In this document: piece after piece, positions 10,111-19,702 of the stretch
Position numbering within the stretch: the stretch's first letter is position 1
Layout of the letters: each line of letters begins with the position of its first letter
NCBI GenBank assembly: GCA_963662285.2
Contig: CAXXMV010000002.1
Location: 1 to 64,000, forward strand
DNA from: a bacterium
GTDB taxonomy: Bacteria > Hinthialibacterota > Hinthialibacteria > Hinthialibacterales > Hinthialibacteraceae
Direction: 5' to 3'
Length of the DNA: 64,000 nucleotides
Made by a program: the position numbers and the translations under genes
The notes under the pieces: generated by a model
Seen by the model: only the letters and a program-made list of their open reading frames with translations
Told to the model about the DNA's origin: nothing
Databases searched by the model: none

Positions 10111-10139
10111 TTGACAGATTGAAACGACTCTCTTAACCT
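10111..10139 (+). promoter_or_regulatory. Sigma70-like promoter upstream of pyrG
   Basis: TTGACA N17 TAACCT. Confidence 0.5.
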
Positions 10140-10313
10140 AAACCTAAAGTCATGAAAAAATGGCGGCTTAGTAAACAGCCTCCATTTTACATTGAGCATC
10201 CTTAAAAACCAAGCCATAATAACAATACATCATTATATTACTGCTATGCTATATAGAATGAAACCCAGACCTAAAAAAACTTTTCAGATCTGGAGCAGGA
10301 AAGAGGGATTTTC

Positions 10314-11939
10314 TTGAGCAAAAAGACGCGATACATATTTGTTACGGGCGGCGTATGCTCCTCTTTGGGCAAGGGGATAGCTTGCGCTTCTATCGGGTGC
10401 CTTCTAGAAGCTCGCGGTTATTCAGTCATTCTTCAGAAATTAGACCCCTATATAAATGTTGATCCAGGGACCATGAGTCCATATCAGCATGGAGAAGTCT
10501 ATGTAACCGACGACGGAGCTGAAACTGACCTGGATTTGGGTTATTACGAGCGCTTCACCTCTGCCAAAATCACCAAAAAATGCAGCGTTTCAACCGGACA
10601 GATATACGATGCGGTTATCAAACGGGAACGGCGCGGCGGTTATCTAGGCAAAACAGTTCAATTAATTCCCCATATAACCGATGAAATCAAAAAACGGATT
10701 ATTGATATAGATAATGATGAAGCCGATTTCCAGATTTGTGAAATTGGCGGCACTGTCGGAGATATCGAAGGTTATCCATTTTTAGAAGCAATTCGTCAAA
10801 TCGGATGGGAATTTGGCCCGCAAGTAGTTCTTTTCATTCATTTAACGTTAGTTCCCGTAATTACCGTCGCAGGCGAAGTGAAAACCAAACCAACCCAACA
10901 TAGCGTTAACAAACTACGTGAAATCGGTATTCAACCCAACATCCTGCTATGCAGAACTGCTTCAGCGCTCACCAAAGAGATGAAAGAAAAAATCGCGCTT
11001 TTCTGCAATATCCCCGCTCAAGCCGTGGTTAGCGCCCGAGATATAAAATCAACTATTTACGAAATCCCCATTGCCTATTGCGAGGAAGGCCTTGATAACT
11101 TGGTGGTAAGCCATTTTGGAATAAAAAATAGCGACCCTGATATAAGCGAGTGGAAAAAAATCGTATCGAAAATAAAGAATCCACGTCGCGGACCAATAAA
11201 AATCGCTGTTGTCGGTAAATATATACGTTTACAAGATGCTTATCGCTCTGTATACGATGCGCTGATACATGGCGGCCTGGCTAATAACGCCAGAGTTGAA
11301 CTTTTCCCCATTCATGCTGAAGAGATCGAGAAAAAAGGCGCTGAAAATATATTGAAGGATATGGATGGAATTCTTGTACCATGGGGATTCGGTAAAAGGG
11401 GCGTCGAAGGAAAGATACAATCCATTCAATTTGCAAGATATAACAATATCCCCTTCTTCGGAATTTGTCTGGGCATGCAATGCAGCGTGGTTGAGTTCGC
11501 CAGAAACCAATTAGGCATGGAAAACGCTTCCAGCACTGAATTTGAATCAGATACTCCTTTTCCGGTAATAAGTCTGCTAAACGAACAGCGTAAAATCGTG
11601 GATAAAGGTGGAACCATGCGTTTAGGCGCATATCCATGCACCCTTAAACGAGGAACCAAAGCGCGAAAAGCTTATGGCGTCGATAACATTGATGAACGGC
11701 ATCGCCATCGTTGGGAATTCAACGATGATTATCGTGAAACCTATGAAAAAGAAGGCTTTATCGTCAGTGGAACATCGCCGGACGGCAAACTGGTTGAAAT
11801 CGTGGAACTGGAAAACCATCCCTGGTTCGTGGGCTGCCAATTCCATCCTGAGTTAAAATCCCGTCCACGAAACCCGCATCCCTTATTCCGCTCTTTTATT
11901 CGCGCCAGTCTGGAGTACCATGATAAAGGCAAGAAGTAA
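10314..11939 (+). CDS. pyrG: CTP synthase
   Basis: FVTGGVCSSLGKG, KLDPYINVDPGTMSPYQHGE, glutaminase GICLGMQ, ERHRHR, QFHPE. Confidence 0.98.
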   Translation: MSKKTRYIFVTGGVCSSLGKGIACASIGCLLEARGYSVILQKLDPYINVDPGTMSPYQHGEVYVTDDGAETDLDLGYYERFTSAKITKKCSVSTGQIYDAVIKRERRGGYLGKTVQLIPHITDEIKKRIIDIDNDEADFQICEIGGTVGDIEGYPFLEAIRQIGWEFGPQVVLFIHLTLVPVITVAGEVKTKPTQHSVNKLREIGIQPNILLCRTASALTKEMKEKIALFCNIPAQAVVSARDIKSTIYEIPIAYCEEGLDNLVVSHFGIKNSDPDISEWKKIVSKIKNPRRGPIKIAVVGKYIRLQDAYRSVYDALIHGGLANNARVELFPIHAEEIEKKGAENILKDMDGILVPWGFGKRGVEGKIQSIQFARYNNIPFFGICLGMQCSVVEFARNQLGMENASSTEFESDTPFPVISLLNEQRKIVDKGGTMRLGAYPCTLKRGTKARKAYGVDNIDERHRHRWEFNDDYRETYEKEGFIVSGTSPDGKLVEIVELENHPWFVGCQFHPELKSRPRNPHPLFRSFIRASLEYHDKGKK

Positions 11940-11981
11940 AATGTTTTCATCGGACAAGATAATCACAAACGGCTTAATAAA

Positions 11982-12626
11982 TTGTTAAAAAATATCTTTC
12001 AATCAATAACTAACTTACATTTCAAAAAGGCAATGATGCTGGCGCCTTTCCCGATATTGTTTTGGGTATGGGTGTTATGCATCACATTCTGGATTGAATC
12101 GACAACAGTTCATACTGTTTCAGAGTCATCTCAACAATCATTTTCACAAATCGATTTTTCTAACATTCATTATATGCAGGGCGACCAAAAAGAGACTCAG
12201 GTAACCATGAGCGCCCCAAAAGCCGAATATTCCAGTGAAAATTCTGAATTTATTGTAGATTACCCTTGTCTAACATGGCGCAAGGCTTCGGATAGTTCGA
12301 TAATCTCCGCTTCGGCCATTAAAGGGAATTTTTATGCAGAAGACTCTACATCGGATCTTCCCTCCGCGTTTCAATTTATAATATTGAGCGGATCAGCTGC
12401 ATTTAGCAGGGATAAAATCCGGATTGACTCTGAGACAATGATCTTTGATAATGATAAGCGGTTCTTTTTATTTCCCGGGCAGTTTACTTTTTTTAAAGAT
12501 AAATCAACGCCTATGCAATCCAGCAAAATGTATTATGATCCAGTGGAAAATGCCTGTATTCAGATTAATGATTTATATGACGATAATCTCAAAATTAAGG
12601 AAATCCTTCAAAAAGGTGGATTTTAA
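11982..12626 (+). CDS. LptC-like LPS export periplasmic protein
   Basis: Single N-terminal TM and beta-jellyroll-like pattern (VTMSAPKAEY...P.LTW...ASAIKGNF...IRIDSETMIFD); lies after pyrG, where lptC often sits. Confidence 0.55.
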   Translation: MLKNIFQSITNLHFKKAMMLAPFPILFWVWVLCITFWIESTTVHTVSESSQQSFSQIDFSNIHYMQGDQKETQVTMSAPKAEYSSENSEFIVDYPCLTWRKASDSSIISASAIKGNFYAEDSTSDLPSAFQFIILSGSAAFSRDKIRIDSETMIFDNDKRFFLFPGQFTFFKDKSTPMQSSKMYYDPVENACIQINDLYDDNLKIKEILQKGGF

Positions 12627-12631
12627 AACCC

Positions 12632-13243
12632 ATGAAAAAAATATGTCTTCTTAAGTTTAGCGTCGCGCTTATTCTCAGTACGTCTGTTCTCCTGTTTGTC
12701 AGTCTTCCATGCTCGGCGCAACAGATATCGCTTGCAGATGGAACCCTTCCAGACATTGGGGAAAACACCGAATTGCGCATCGAAAATCCCCTCTCTGATG
12801 ACATCACTATCATTCTAACCCCGAAAACCGGCCATAAAATTGCTAAAGTTACCATTAATAGCGGAACATCAACTTCTGTAATATACGGAGAAAAAATAAC
12901 TTATAAAAAAATAAACGAGTACTTTCTTTCTGAGGGGAACGCTAAAATTGAATGGAACAAAAATATCCTAACCGGGCCGGTTAAAATCGAATTTGATCCT
13001 GCAAAAAATATCATGACGTTGTTTGGAACAGAAAAGAATCCGGCAGAAATTAATTCTCCACATATAGGCGCCATAATTCAGGCCGAGAACTGGTTTCTTT
13101 ATTTCACAAAACAAATAAATGGATCGAGAAAGCTTAAAGCATTCGATTCAAAAAATTTTCTCCAGAAGATACCTCGCTCCACGAAAATACCGACCACGAA
13201 AGATACGGAATTCAAACCAAAAATTTCTGCTCCCCACAATTAA
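12632..13243 (+). CDS. LptA/OstA-like periplasmic protein
   Basis: Signal peptide; SEGNAKIEWNKNILTG..IEFDPAKNIMTLFG..PAEI resembles the LptA jellyroll; directly follows the lptC-like gene. Confidence 0.5.
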   Translation: MKKICLLKFSVALILSTSVLLFVSLPCSAQQISLADGTLPDIGENTELRIENPLSDDITIILTPKTGHKIAKVTINSGTSTSVIYGEKITYKKINEYFLSEGNAKIEWNKNILTGPVKIEFDPAKNIMTLFGTEKNPAEINSPHIGAIIQAENWFLYFTKQINGSRKLKAFDSKNFLQKIPRSTKIPTTKDTEFKPKISAPHN

Positions 13244-13333
13244 AATAAGGCGGATAATAGATTTAATTTTATGATGAGCGGCTAGGGGTTGCTTGAATTA
13301 GGGATTACTCCTAGACTTCGCCGTTATTAAATA

Positions 13334-13447
13334 TAGAGCGATTATCACAAAAAAGTGTTTTGAAAAGATAACTTAATATCCGTTAAATTCAGAACTTTGA
13401 ATACATTAGCAGATTTAATTTCTTACACACTTTTTGCAATCGCTATA
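13334..13447. repeat. MITE-like element with imperfect terminal inverted repeats
   Basis: Left end tagagcgattatcacaaaaaagtgt; right end reverse-complement tatagcgattgcaaaaagtgtgt. Confidence 0.55.
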
Positions 13448-13478
13448 AACAAATAGAAATGAATATGGAGTTATATCA

Positions 13479-14045
13479 ATGGGCGTTACTATAAAACCCA
13501 CCGAAGTCCGGGCGGGAACCAAATTAGAAATTGACGGTGAAGTGTACGAGTGCACTAAGTATGAACACGTTTCTCCAGGAAAAGGCCAGGCTTTTATTCG
13601 CATAAAGGTCAAACACATGAAAAGCGGACGCGTCCTGGAAAAGACCATAAAATCCAACATCAGCATGGAAAAAGCTGTTTTAGATCCTCAAGAAGTACAA
13701 TTTCTTTATAAAGATGATCAACTAAATTTTATGAATAATGAAACGTTCGAACAGTTCGCATTGCCAGTAGAGGCCTTGCTGGGAAAAGATCAGTGGCTCA
13801 AGGAAAATACTGATATTACGCTACTGTTCCACAACGGCGAGCCAGTCGATGTAGATATTCCCATTACCATGGAATTGAAGATTACCGAAACCGAACCGGG
13901 CGTCCGGGGCGACACGGTTTCCGGCGCAACTAAACCAGCCACCACGGAAACTGGCGGAGTTGTTCAAGTGCCATTATTCGTTGATCAAGGTGATATCATT
14001 AAAGTCGATACTCGTGATGGAAGTTATTTAGGACGGGTTACATAA
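13479..14045 (+). CDS. efp: Elongation factor P
   Basis: HVSPGKGQAF loop, TEPGVRGDT, KPATTETG, VPLFV, DTRDGSY. Confidence 0.97.
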   Translation: MGVTIKPTEVRAGTKLEIDGEVYECTKYEHVSPGKGQAFIRIKVKHMKSGRVLEKTIKSNISMEKAVLDPQEVQFLYKDDQLNFMNNETFEQFALPVEALLGKDQWLKENTDITLLFHNGEPVDVDIPITMELKITETEPGVRGDTVSGATKPATTETGGVVQVPLFVDQGDIIKVDTRDGSYLGRVT

Positions 14046-14079
14046 ACTACACGTTTGGCGCCGAATTAAACAATCTTAA

Positions 14080-14115
14080 AACGCTCCGGGTCATGATATA
14101 CTGGCTTGGAGCGTT
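14080..14115. terminator. Hairpin between convergent efp and GT-C gene
   Basis: aacgctcc...ggagcgtt stem. Confidence 0.5.
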
Positions 14116-14122
14116 GTATATT

Positions 14123-16216
14123 CTATTCAGGTTTTTTCAAATCCGGTTTCACCAACTTAAAAAGTTGAATGCTCTTTCCCCTTGCAGCCGACCGCTCCAT
14201 TAATTGAAAGAACTTAGGATTATCCAAATAATCGAGATGTCCGAGCAGCCTTGTAATAGGATGAGAATCTTCATCAGGAATATACAGGTAATAACCCACT
14301 CCGCGTTTCAGCAACTCTTCATGAAATTCAGGGTAAGGCATGCCATAAAATGGCGTTAATCCACAATCATCCAAGTGAATAATACTAATATCATCGCGAT
14401 AAACGTGATACCGGTTGTCATGAGAAAGGATAATTGCATTCTCTTCCAGCGAGCGGTTAATATAACGCCAGACCGGCGCTTCGAGAGGAAAACTGAAACG
14501 ATAGAACTCTAAAGGCGATAATCCTGGATAAGCAAAAACCGGCATAGATGGATTTGGAACTTTCGGCCCCATCATGGAAATTGAAACGCCTGGAACCAAT
14601 ACGGCGCAGATAAGTGTTACGCCATAGAGATTGATGATTTTTTCATTTTGGATGCGGGATAAAAAACGCGCGACATAAAGGGAAAGAATTGGAACTACCG
14701 CGAGAGTATGATACCAATATAAACCGGAAATGATGTATTGATAGACGAAATATAGCGCTAATAATATCCCGGCAAAGACAAAAACAGGTTCTTTCCTCTT
14801 CCAACCCAGAAGAAACGCAGGAAGCATTATGCCAGTCAAAAGCGGAGAAAAACGCCAATCTGTTTGAAAGAAAACCAAACTGTTAATAACCCGCGCCAAT
14901 AATGACGGTCCATATTGCGCCGCACCCATGCCATGAGCAGTCCATTCTTTTTGGCATGAAGCCAGTACTTCCAGATTAATATTCTTGCCCCCGAAAATTT
15001 CCGGGAAAAAAGCATAAACCGGATTACCCGTCACCAGGTAATTACGTACATACCAGGTCAATCCTAATCCAAACCAGAATAAGAAGGCGCCAAGCAACTG
15101 TAGCCATTTAATATTAGAATCAGCAACAATACCCCGGCTGCGCCATAGAATGGCCAGAAACATTGGAGGCCATACAATCCAGCCCAGGTAATTGATATGC
15201 GGAAAGATTGCGCATACCGCCATTAAAGGCATAACCGTTCTGAGAGAAGGTTTGTTGAGGAATATCTCAAGGAACAATAAAAATGCCGCCGTGTAGTACA
15301 TAACCAACGCATAATCAGAGGCATATACGAAATAGGTTGAGACAAAAGGAATGCTGCGGAATACCAGCGTAGCTAATATGGCGCTCAATCGGTTGCGGAA
15401 CAACCTCATAGATAAATGATAAAGAACCAGGATGCTTCCCAACCCAGCTAAGGGCGGTAATAACTGGCCATAGATATCTGACCAATGATTAAAAATGGTT
15501 GCGGTAACCGCCTGATGCAGCGGGTATAGATGAGGATAATTGGCGCCCAAACCCAATCCAACCTGGAGGCAGGCCAGAATAGGGAATCCTCCCTGAAGAT
15601 ACGTCATTTTGCCATAATGGATATAGAGGATAAGAGAATCCCAATACTGAACAGGAAAAAGCAGGGAATGATAAAAATTGAGGATAGTAAGCCCGGCGAG
15701 CATCGCCCAAGCGCACCAAAATAAAATTTGCTGAAAGTGGTTCTGAGATGATTCAACTTTGACCGATTCTTTAACAGGCGCCTCTTCTGAAGCCCATCCC
15801 CAAACCTTTTTTAATCCCCATAAAAGAACGATTAATCCAGCAAAACTGAGCAATACCGTCCAACGATTAAGCAGAAACGGGATTGCCCATAACTCCAGGA
15901 TGAAAGTCGAAAGCCCTACGCCCATAAAAACGGCGACAATCCACTCGATAAGTTTTGGCAGCCGGATGCATAACCTCAAGAATAAAAAGCCTACACCTGC
16001 GCAGAGAGAGAGCGAGACAATTTCATACAACATATCCACGCAAAATCCCTCCGGCAGCCGATAATTAATCGAGAACAGAGAGCGCACGAATGCGGGGAAT
16101 ACCTCCAGAAGCAATGGAGGATTAATCGGTTGGATATAAAAAATATAAATGCTGGCTCCCAACCATCCAAGAATGGCGATGGAAACCAGCATACTTTTAT
16201 TCAAGGCGATTTTCAT
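14123..16216 (-). CDS. GT-C fold (ArnT/PMT-like) integral membrane glycosyltransferase
   Basis: Many TM helices; WDSLILYIHYGK acidic first loop, NYPHLYP, WYVRNYLVTGNPVYAF, small periplasmic C-terminal domain. Confidence 0.7.
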   Translation of the reverse strand: MKIALNKSMLVSIAILGWLGASIYIFYIQPINPPLLLEVFPAFVRSLFSINYRLPEGFCVDMLYEIVSLSLCAGVGFLFLRLCIRLPKLIEWIVAVFMGVGLSTFILELWAIPFLLNRWTVLLSFAGLIVLLWGLKKVWGWASEEAPVKESVKVESSQNHFQQILFWCAWAMLAGLTILNFYHSLLFPVQYWDSLILYIHYGKMTYLQGGFPILACLQVGLGLGANYPHLYPLHQAVTATIFNHWSDIYGQLLPPLAGLGSILVLYHLSMRLFRNRLSAILATLVFRSIPFVSTYFVYASDYALVMYYTAAFLLFLEIFLNKPSLRTVMPLMAVCAIFPHINYLGWIVWPPMFLAILWRSRGIVADSNIKWLQLLGAFLFWFGLGLTWYVRNYLVTGNPVYAFFPEIFGGKNINLEVLASCQKEWTAHGMGAAQYGPSLLARVINSLVFFQTDWRFSPLLTGIMLPAFLLGWKRKEPVFVFAGILLALYFVYQYIISGLYWYHTLAVVPILSLYVARFLSRIQNEKIINLYGVTLICAVLVPGVSISMMGPKVPNPSMPVFAYPGLSPLEFYRFSFPLEAPVWRYINRSLEENAIILSHDNRYHVYRDDISIIHLDDCGLTPFYGMPYPEFHEELLKRGVGYYLYIPDEDSHPITRLLGHLDYLDNPKFFQLMERSAARGKSIQLFKLVKPDLKKPE

Positions 16217-16281
16217 AAATAATCAGCGTTTGCGTCAATAATTGCGATTCACCAAACAACTTGCGCTAAACCGCTGCAATC

Positions 16282-17172
16282 TTACGCCCACACTTTCCCG
16301 GTGAGCATGCGATAAGCATCCATATAGCGTTGCCGCGTGCTTACAACAATCTCCTCCGGCAAATCAGGCGGCGGTGGATTGCGGTCCCATTTGATGCCAA
16401 TCAGGAAATCGCGAACAAATTGTTTATCCAGCGCCTCCTGATCTTTCCCCGGCTGATAATTAGCTGCGAGCCAGAAACGGGAGGAATCTGGGGTTAAAAT
16501 TTCGTCGATCAAGATTATCTGGTCACCGATTTTGCCGAACTCGAACTTCGTATCCGCAAGAATAACGCCTTGGGTGCGGGCATATTCCGATGCACTGCTA
16601 TAAATGTCAAGGCTGCGTTGGCGCAGTTCTTCCGCATCATCCCGGCCAATGATATCAACCATGACATCAAAAGAAATGTTTTCGTCATGACCTTCTTTAT
16701 TCTTCGACGCCGGAGTAAAAAGTGGTTCTGGAAGTTTTCCAGATTGAGGTATATTCTCAGGCAGATCAACACCGCAGATTTTACCGTTGTCCTGATACTC
16801 AACCCAACCCGAACCAGCCATATAACCGCGAACCACGCATTCTATGGGCAACGGCTCAACCTTTTTCACTAACATTGAACGCCTGGCGAGCATTTCCGGG
16901 TAATTTTTAAATGGTTCAGGATAATCTTCCACATTGACGGAAATGATATGGTTCGGTTTTGCCGGAGCAAGTTTTTCAAACCAGAACAACGACATCTGGG
17001 TTAAAATCGAACCTTTATCAGGAACGCCCTGAGGAAGAATGCTATCGAAAGCGCTGATTCTATCCGTCGCAACGAGCAGGAGTTTATCTCCCAAATCAAA
17101 AATATCCCGTACTTTTCCACGGGCCGCTGGTTCAACACCCGGAATATCAATTGATGTAATAGCCTGACTCAT
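16282..17172 (-). CDS. purC: Phosphoribosylaminoimidazole-succinocarboxamide synthase
   Basis: RGKVRDIF, ATDRISAFD, ECVVRGY, ADTKFEFG, DEILTPDSSRFW, DKQFVRD. Start set at MSQAITS (17172). Confidence 0.97.
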   Translation of the reverse strand: MSQAITSIDIPGVEPAARGKVRDIFDLGDKLLLVATDRISAFDSILPQGVPDKGSILTQMSLFWFEKLAPAKPNHIISVNVEDYPEPFKNYPEMLARRSMLVKKVEPLPIECVVRGYMAGSGWVEYQDNGKICGVDLPENIPQSGKLPEPLFTPASKNKEGHDENISFDVMVDIIGRDDAEELRQRSLDIYSSASEYARTQGVILADTKFEFGKIGDQIILIDEILTPDSSRFWLAANYQPGKDQEALDKQFVRDFLIGIKWDRNPPPPDLPEEIVVSTRQRYMDAYRMLTGKVWA

Positions 17173-17247
17173 AATTCTCTCATCTTTCCTTGTGAAAAAA
17201 TGTGTGCGATTTGTAATAGCACAGAACACGCCACTATAAAAGTACAC

Positions 17248-17283
17248 TAGAGCGGTTATCAAAAAAACATTCGCTCGCTCTTA
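17248..17283. repeat. Short/degenerate copy of the TAGAGCG-ended repeat
   Basis: tagagcggttatcaaaa...cgctctta in the galT-purC spacer. Confidence 0.35.
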
Positions 17284-17336
17284 ATCTGGAGGTTCTTCAA
17301 GGTGATAGAATAATAAAAGAGTATTGTTCCTCATTT

Positions 17337-18329
17337 TTAGTAATTATTTAAGAGGTCAGCAGCAATTTCGGGCGCCATAGGGTTAATAAAGAAACCGGTT
17401 CCCCATTCAAAACCTGCAACTTTAGTGAGTTTTGGAGTAATTTCCAGGCGCCAATGATAATCAAGATTTCCCGGATCATTTTGTGGAGAAGTGTGAAACA
17501 TAAAGTTATAGGGGGGATCATTGAGAACCTGTTTGATACGCCATAACACATCTCTTAAGAGAGTGGTTAAACGATCTACCGCAGAACCATTAATAAATTC
17601 AAAATGCGATTCATGCCTCTTGGGCAAGATCCAGGTTTCAAAGGGGAAACGCGCAGCAAATGGCTCGATGGCGATAAAATCTGCATTTTCAAGGACGACG
17701 CGTTGTTGAAATAAACGCTCCTGCTGGATCATCTCGCAATACACGCAACGGTGATGCTTTAAATTATAAGAATGCGCGCCTTTCATCTCTTCAATAATCC
17801 GCTTAGGAACAATGGGAAGAGCAATAATCTGGGAATGGGGATGGGATAAAGAGGCGCCTGCTTCAATGCCATAATTCTTGAATATTAAAATATATCGAAA
17901 ACGGGAATCTTTACGCAATTCCAGAATGCGTTCGCGATAAGCGATAATCACGCTTTTCATCTGATCATCATCATAATCCGCCATGGAATAATGATGTTCC
18001 GGCGTTTCAATAACTACTTCATGAGCGCCTAAGCCATCCATTTTTTCATAAAGGCCGTCTTTTTGAATTGAAGGATCGCCATCATGAACCAAAGCGGGGA
18101 ATTTATTAAGTACTACCCGAAGGCGCCAATCTTTTTTAGAACCATCCTCTGAACCTATCCAATCGGTATATACAGGTTGAGCCGTTTTTACCTCATGCCC
18201 CGGACATAGAGGACAAAATCCTTTTGAATCATAGATAGACGCAGGTAAATGATCAATCGGCCGTTTGGCGCGCTCCTGGGCAATGATAACCCATCGATCA
18301 ATTACTGGATCTTTGCGAAGTTCCGGCAT
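17337..18329 (-). CDS. galT: Galactose-1-phosphate uridylyltransferase
   Basis: ELRKDP..RW, CPLCPGHE, NKFPAL, GAHEVVIE, GASLSHPHSQ, AGFEWGTG. Confidence 0.95.
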   Translation of the reverse strand: MPELRKDPVIDRWVIIAQERAKRPIDHLPASIYDSKGFCPLCPGHEVKTAQPVYTDWIGSEDGSKKDWRLRVVLNKFPALVHDGDPSIQKDGLYEKMDGLGAHEVVIETPEHHYSMADYDDDQMKSVIIAYRERILELRKDSRFRYILIFKNYGIEAGASLSHPHSQIIALPIVPKRIIEEMKGAHSYNLKHHRCVYCEMIQQERLFQQRVVLENADFIAIEPFAARFPFETWILPKRHESHFEFINGSAVDRLTTLLRDVLWRIKQVLNDPPYNFMFHTSPQNDPGNLDYHWRLEITPKLTKVAGFEWGTGFFINPMAPEIAADLLNNY

Positions 18330-18475
18330 TAATCACCTATCCTAAGAAAAAACCATACTATGCAATGAAGAGTAGTACAAATGAAATTATACCCAAAAAG
18401 CGCTTGAGGAGGGGAATGCCATGATTGCCGGGATAGAACTGGCGAAAGATAATCATCAAAAAAGATTTATAAGTT

Positions 18476-18832
18476 TCATTCAATATTGATGCCTAAACTT
18501 TCCCGAAACTGCTCCACACCTTCAAGAATCGATTGAACATCCTGTTTCAAGGCGCTATGGACAGTAATCAGACTAACTTGAATATGGGCGGCAGCCTCAA
18601 CTACCTGATCAATGGTGGCCGAATCCACACCCTGCTCACGCAATTTGTCTATTACATCTTCCAAATGCACCATAACCACTTTGTTGGTCTCATAAAGTTC
18701 AGAGAGTGAGATCAAGGCCTGCGAGAAAACCATAGTGGGAAATCCGGTTTCAGCTGTTCTACCTGAAATCATCCTGATATCGTTTAGCATATCATCCAAA
18801 ACATTATCCCTTAAAAAACGTTTTCTAGACAT
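18476..18832 (-). CDS. Small helical hypothetical protein
   Basis: SD AGGAGG precedes ATG 18832 (MSRKRFLRD); amphipathic helical sequence; no family recognised. Confidence 0.6.
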   Translation of the reverse strand: MSRKRFLRDNVLDDMLNDIRMISGRTAETGFPTMVFSQALISLSELYETNKVVMVHLEDVIDKLREQGVDSATIDQVVEAAAHIQVSLITVHSALKQDVQSILEGVEQFRESLGINIE

Positions 18833-19057
18833 CGCAAGACCTCCTGCTCCAGATAAATACATATATAGAATGCACAGCAAAGACCTGACAGAAAAGCAAA
18901 ATTACCACTACTAACGAACATATTATATATTATGCTCTGCTTGCTCTTTAATTCTTTATAAAGTACCAATAGATTATACAGGCGCAAAAACAAGAATTGA
19001 GCACCCTTAAACCTTATCATAATATTTAGATTTATAAAAGCAATTCTATCATAAAAC

Positions 19058-19678
19058 TTGAAGGATAATATGGATAATATTAAAACGCTTATTTTCGATA
19101 TCGGCAATGTTTTACTTACCTTCAACCCGGAAGTTTTTTTGCAAAAAATCCTGGGAGACGAAAAAAAAGGCAGCGCCTGTTTCTCTCTTATGGTGCAAAG
19201 CCCGGAATGGCAGCAACTTGATAAAGGCCTTATTTCTATAGAAAAAGCCAAACACATCTTTATCCAACGCGATCCATCTCTCAAGGATGAAATCGAGTTA
19301 TTTTTTGAGCAATGGCTCGATATGTTCCACCCCATCGAACCTACTATAAAATTACTGGATACGCTCAAGGAAAAAGGATATAAGTTATATATTTTATCCA
19401 ATTTTATCCGGGAGTCATTTGAGACGCTTAGCCCGAAAATGGCTTTTCTGCCCAAGTTTGATGGAATTGTTACATCCTACAGTATCGGTATGGCCAAACC
19501 TGACCGGAATATTTACGAGCATATTCTGGATAAATTCGATCTAAAGGCCAGCGAATGCGTATTCATCGACGATATGCAGGTAAATATTGATGGCGCTAAA
19601 GCGGCTGGCATCTCAACCATCCTTTTCGAATCAACCAACCAGCTGATAGACCAACTAGAAAAGATACAGCCGTTATAA
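19058..19678 (+). CDS. HAD-superfamily phosphatase (YihX-like)
   Basis: IFDIGNVL motif I, LSN motif II, KPD, FIDD..NI..A...G. Confidence 0.9.
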   Translation: MKDNMDNIKTLIFDIGNVLLTFNPEVFLQKILGDEKKGSACFSLMVQSPEWQQLDKGLISIEKAKHIFIQRDPSLKDEIELFFEQWLDMFHPIEPTIKLLDTLKEKGYKLYILSNFIRESFETLSPKMAFLPKFDGIVTSYSIGMAKPDRNIYEHILDKFDLKASECVFIDDMQVNIDGAKAAGISTILFESTNQLIDQLEKIQPL

Positions 19679-19702
19679 ATCGGTTGGCTGAGAAAAACCA
19701 GC

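Noticed and set aside
18811-19455. 214-aa minus-strand ORF
   Set aside because: Antisense shadow of the HAD phosphatase with a TTG start and no motifs.
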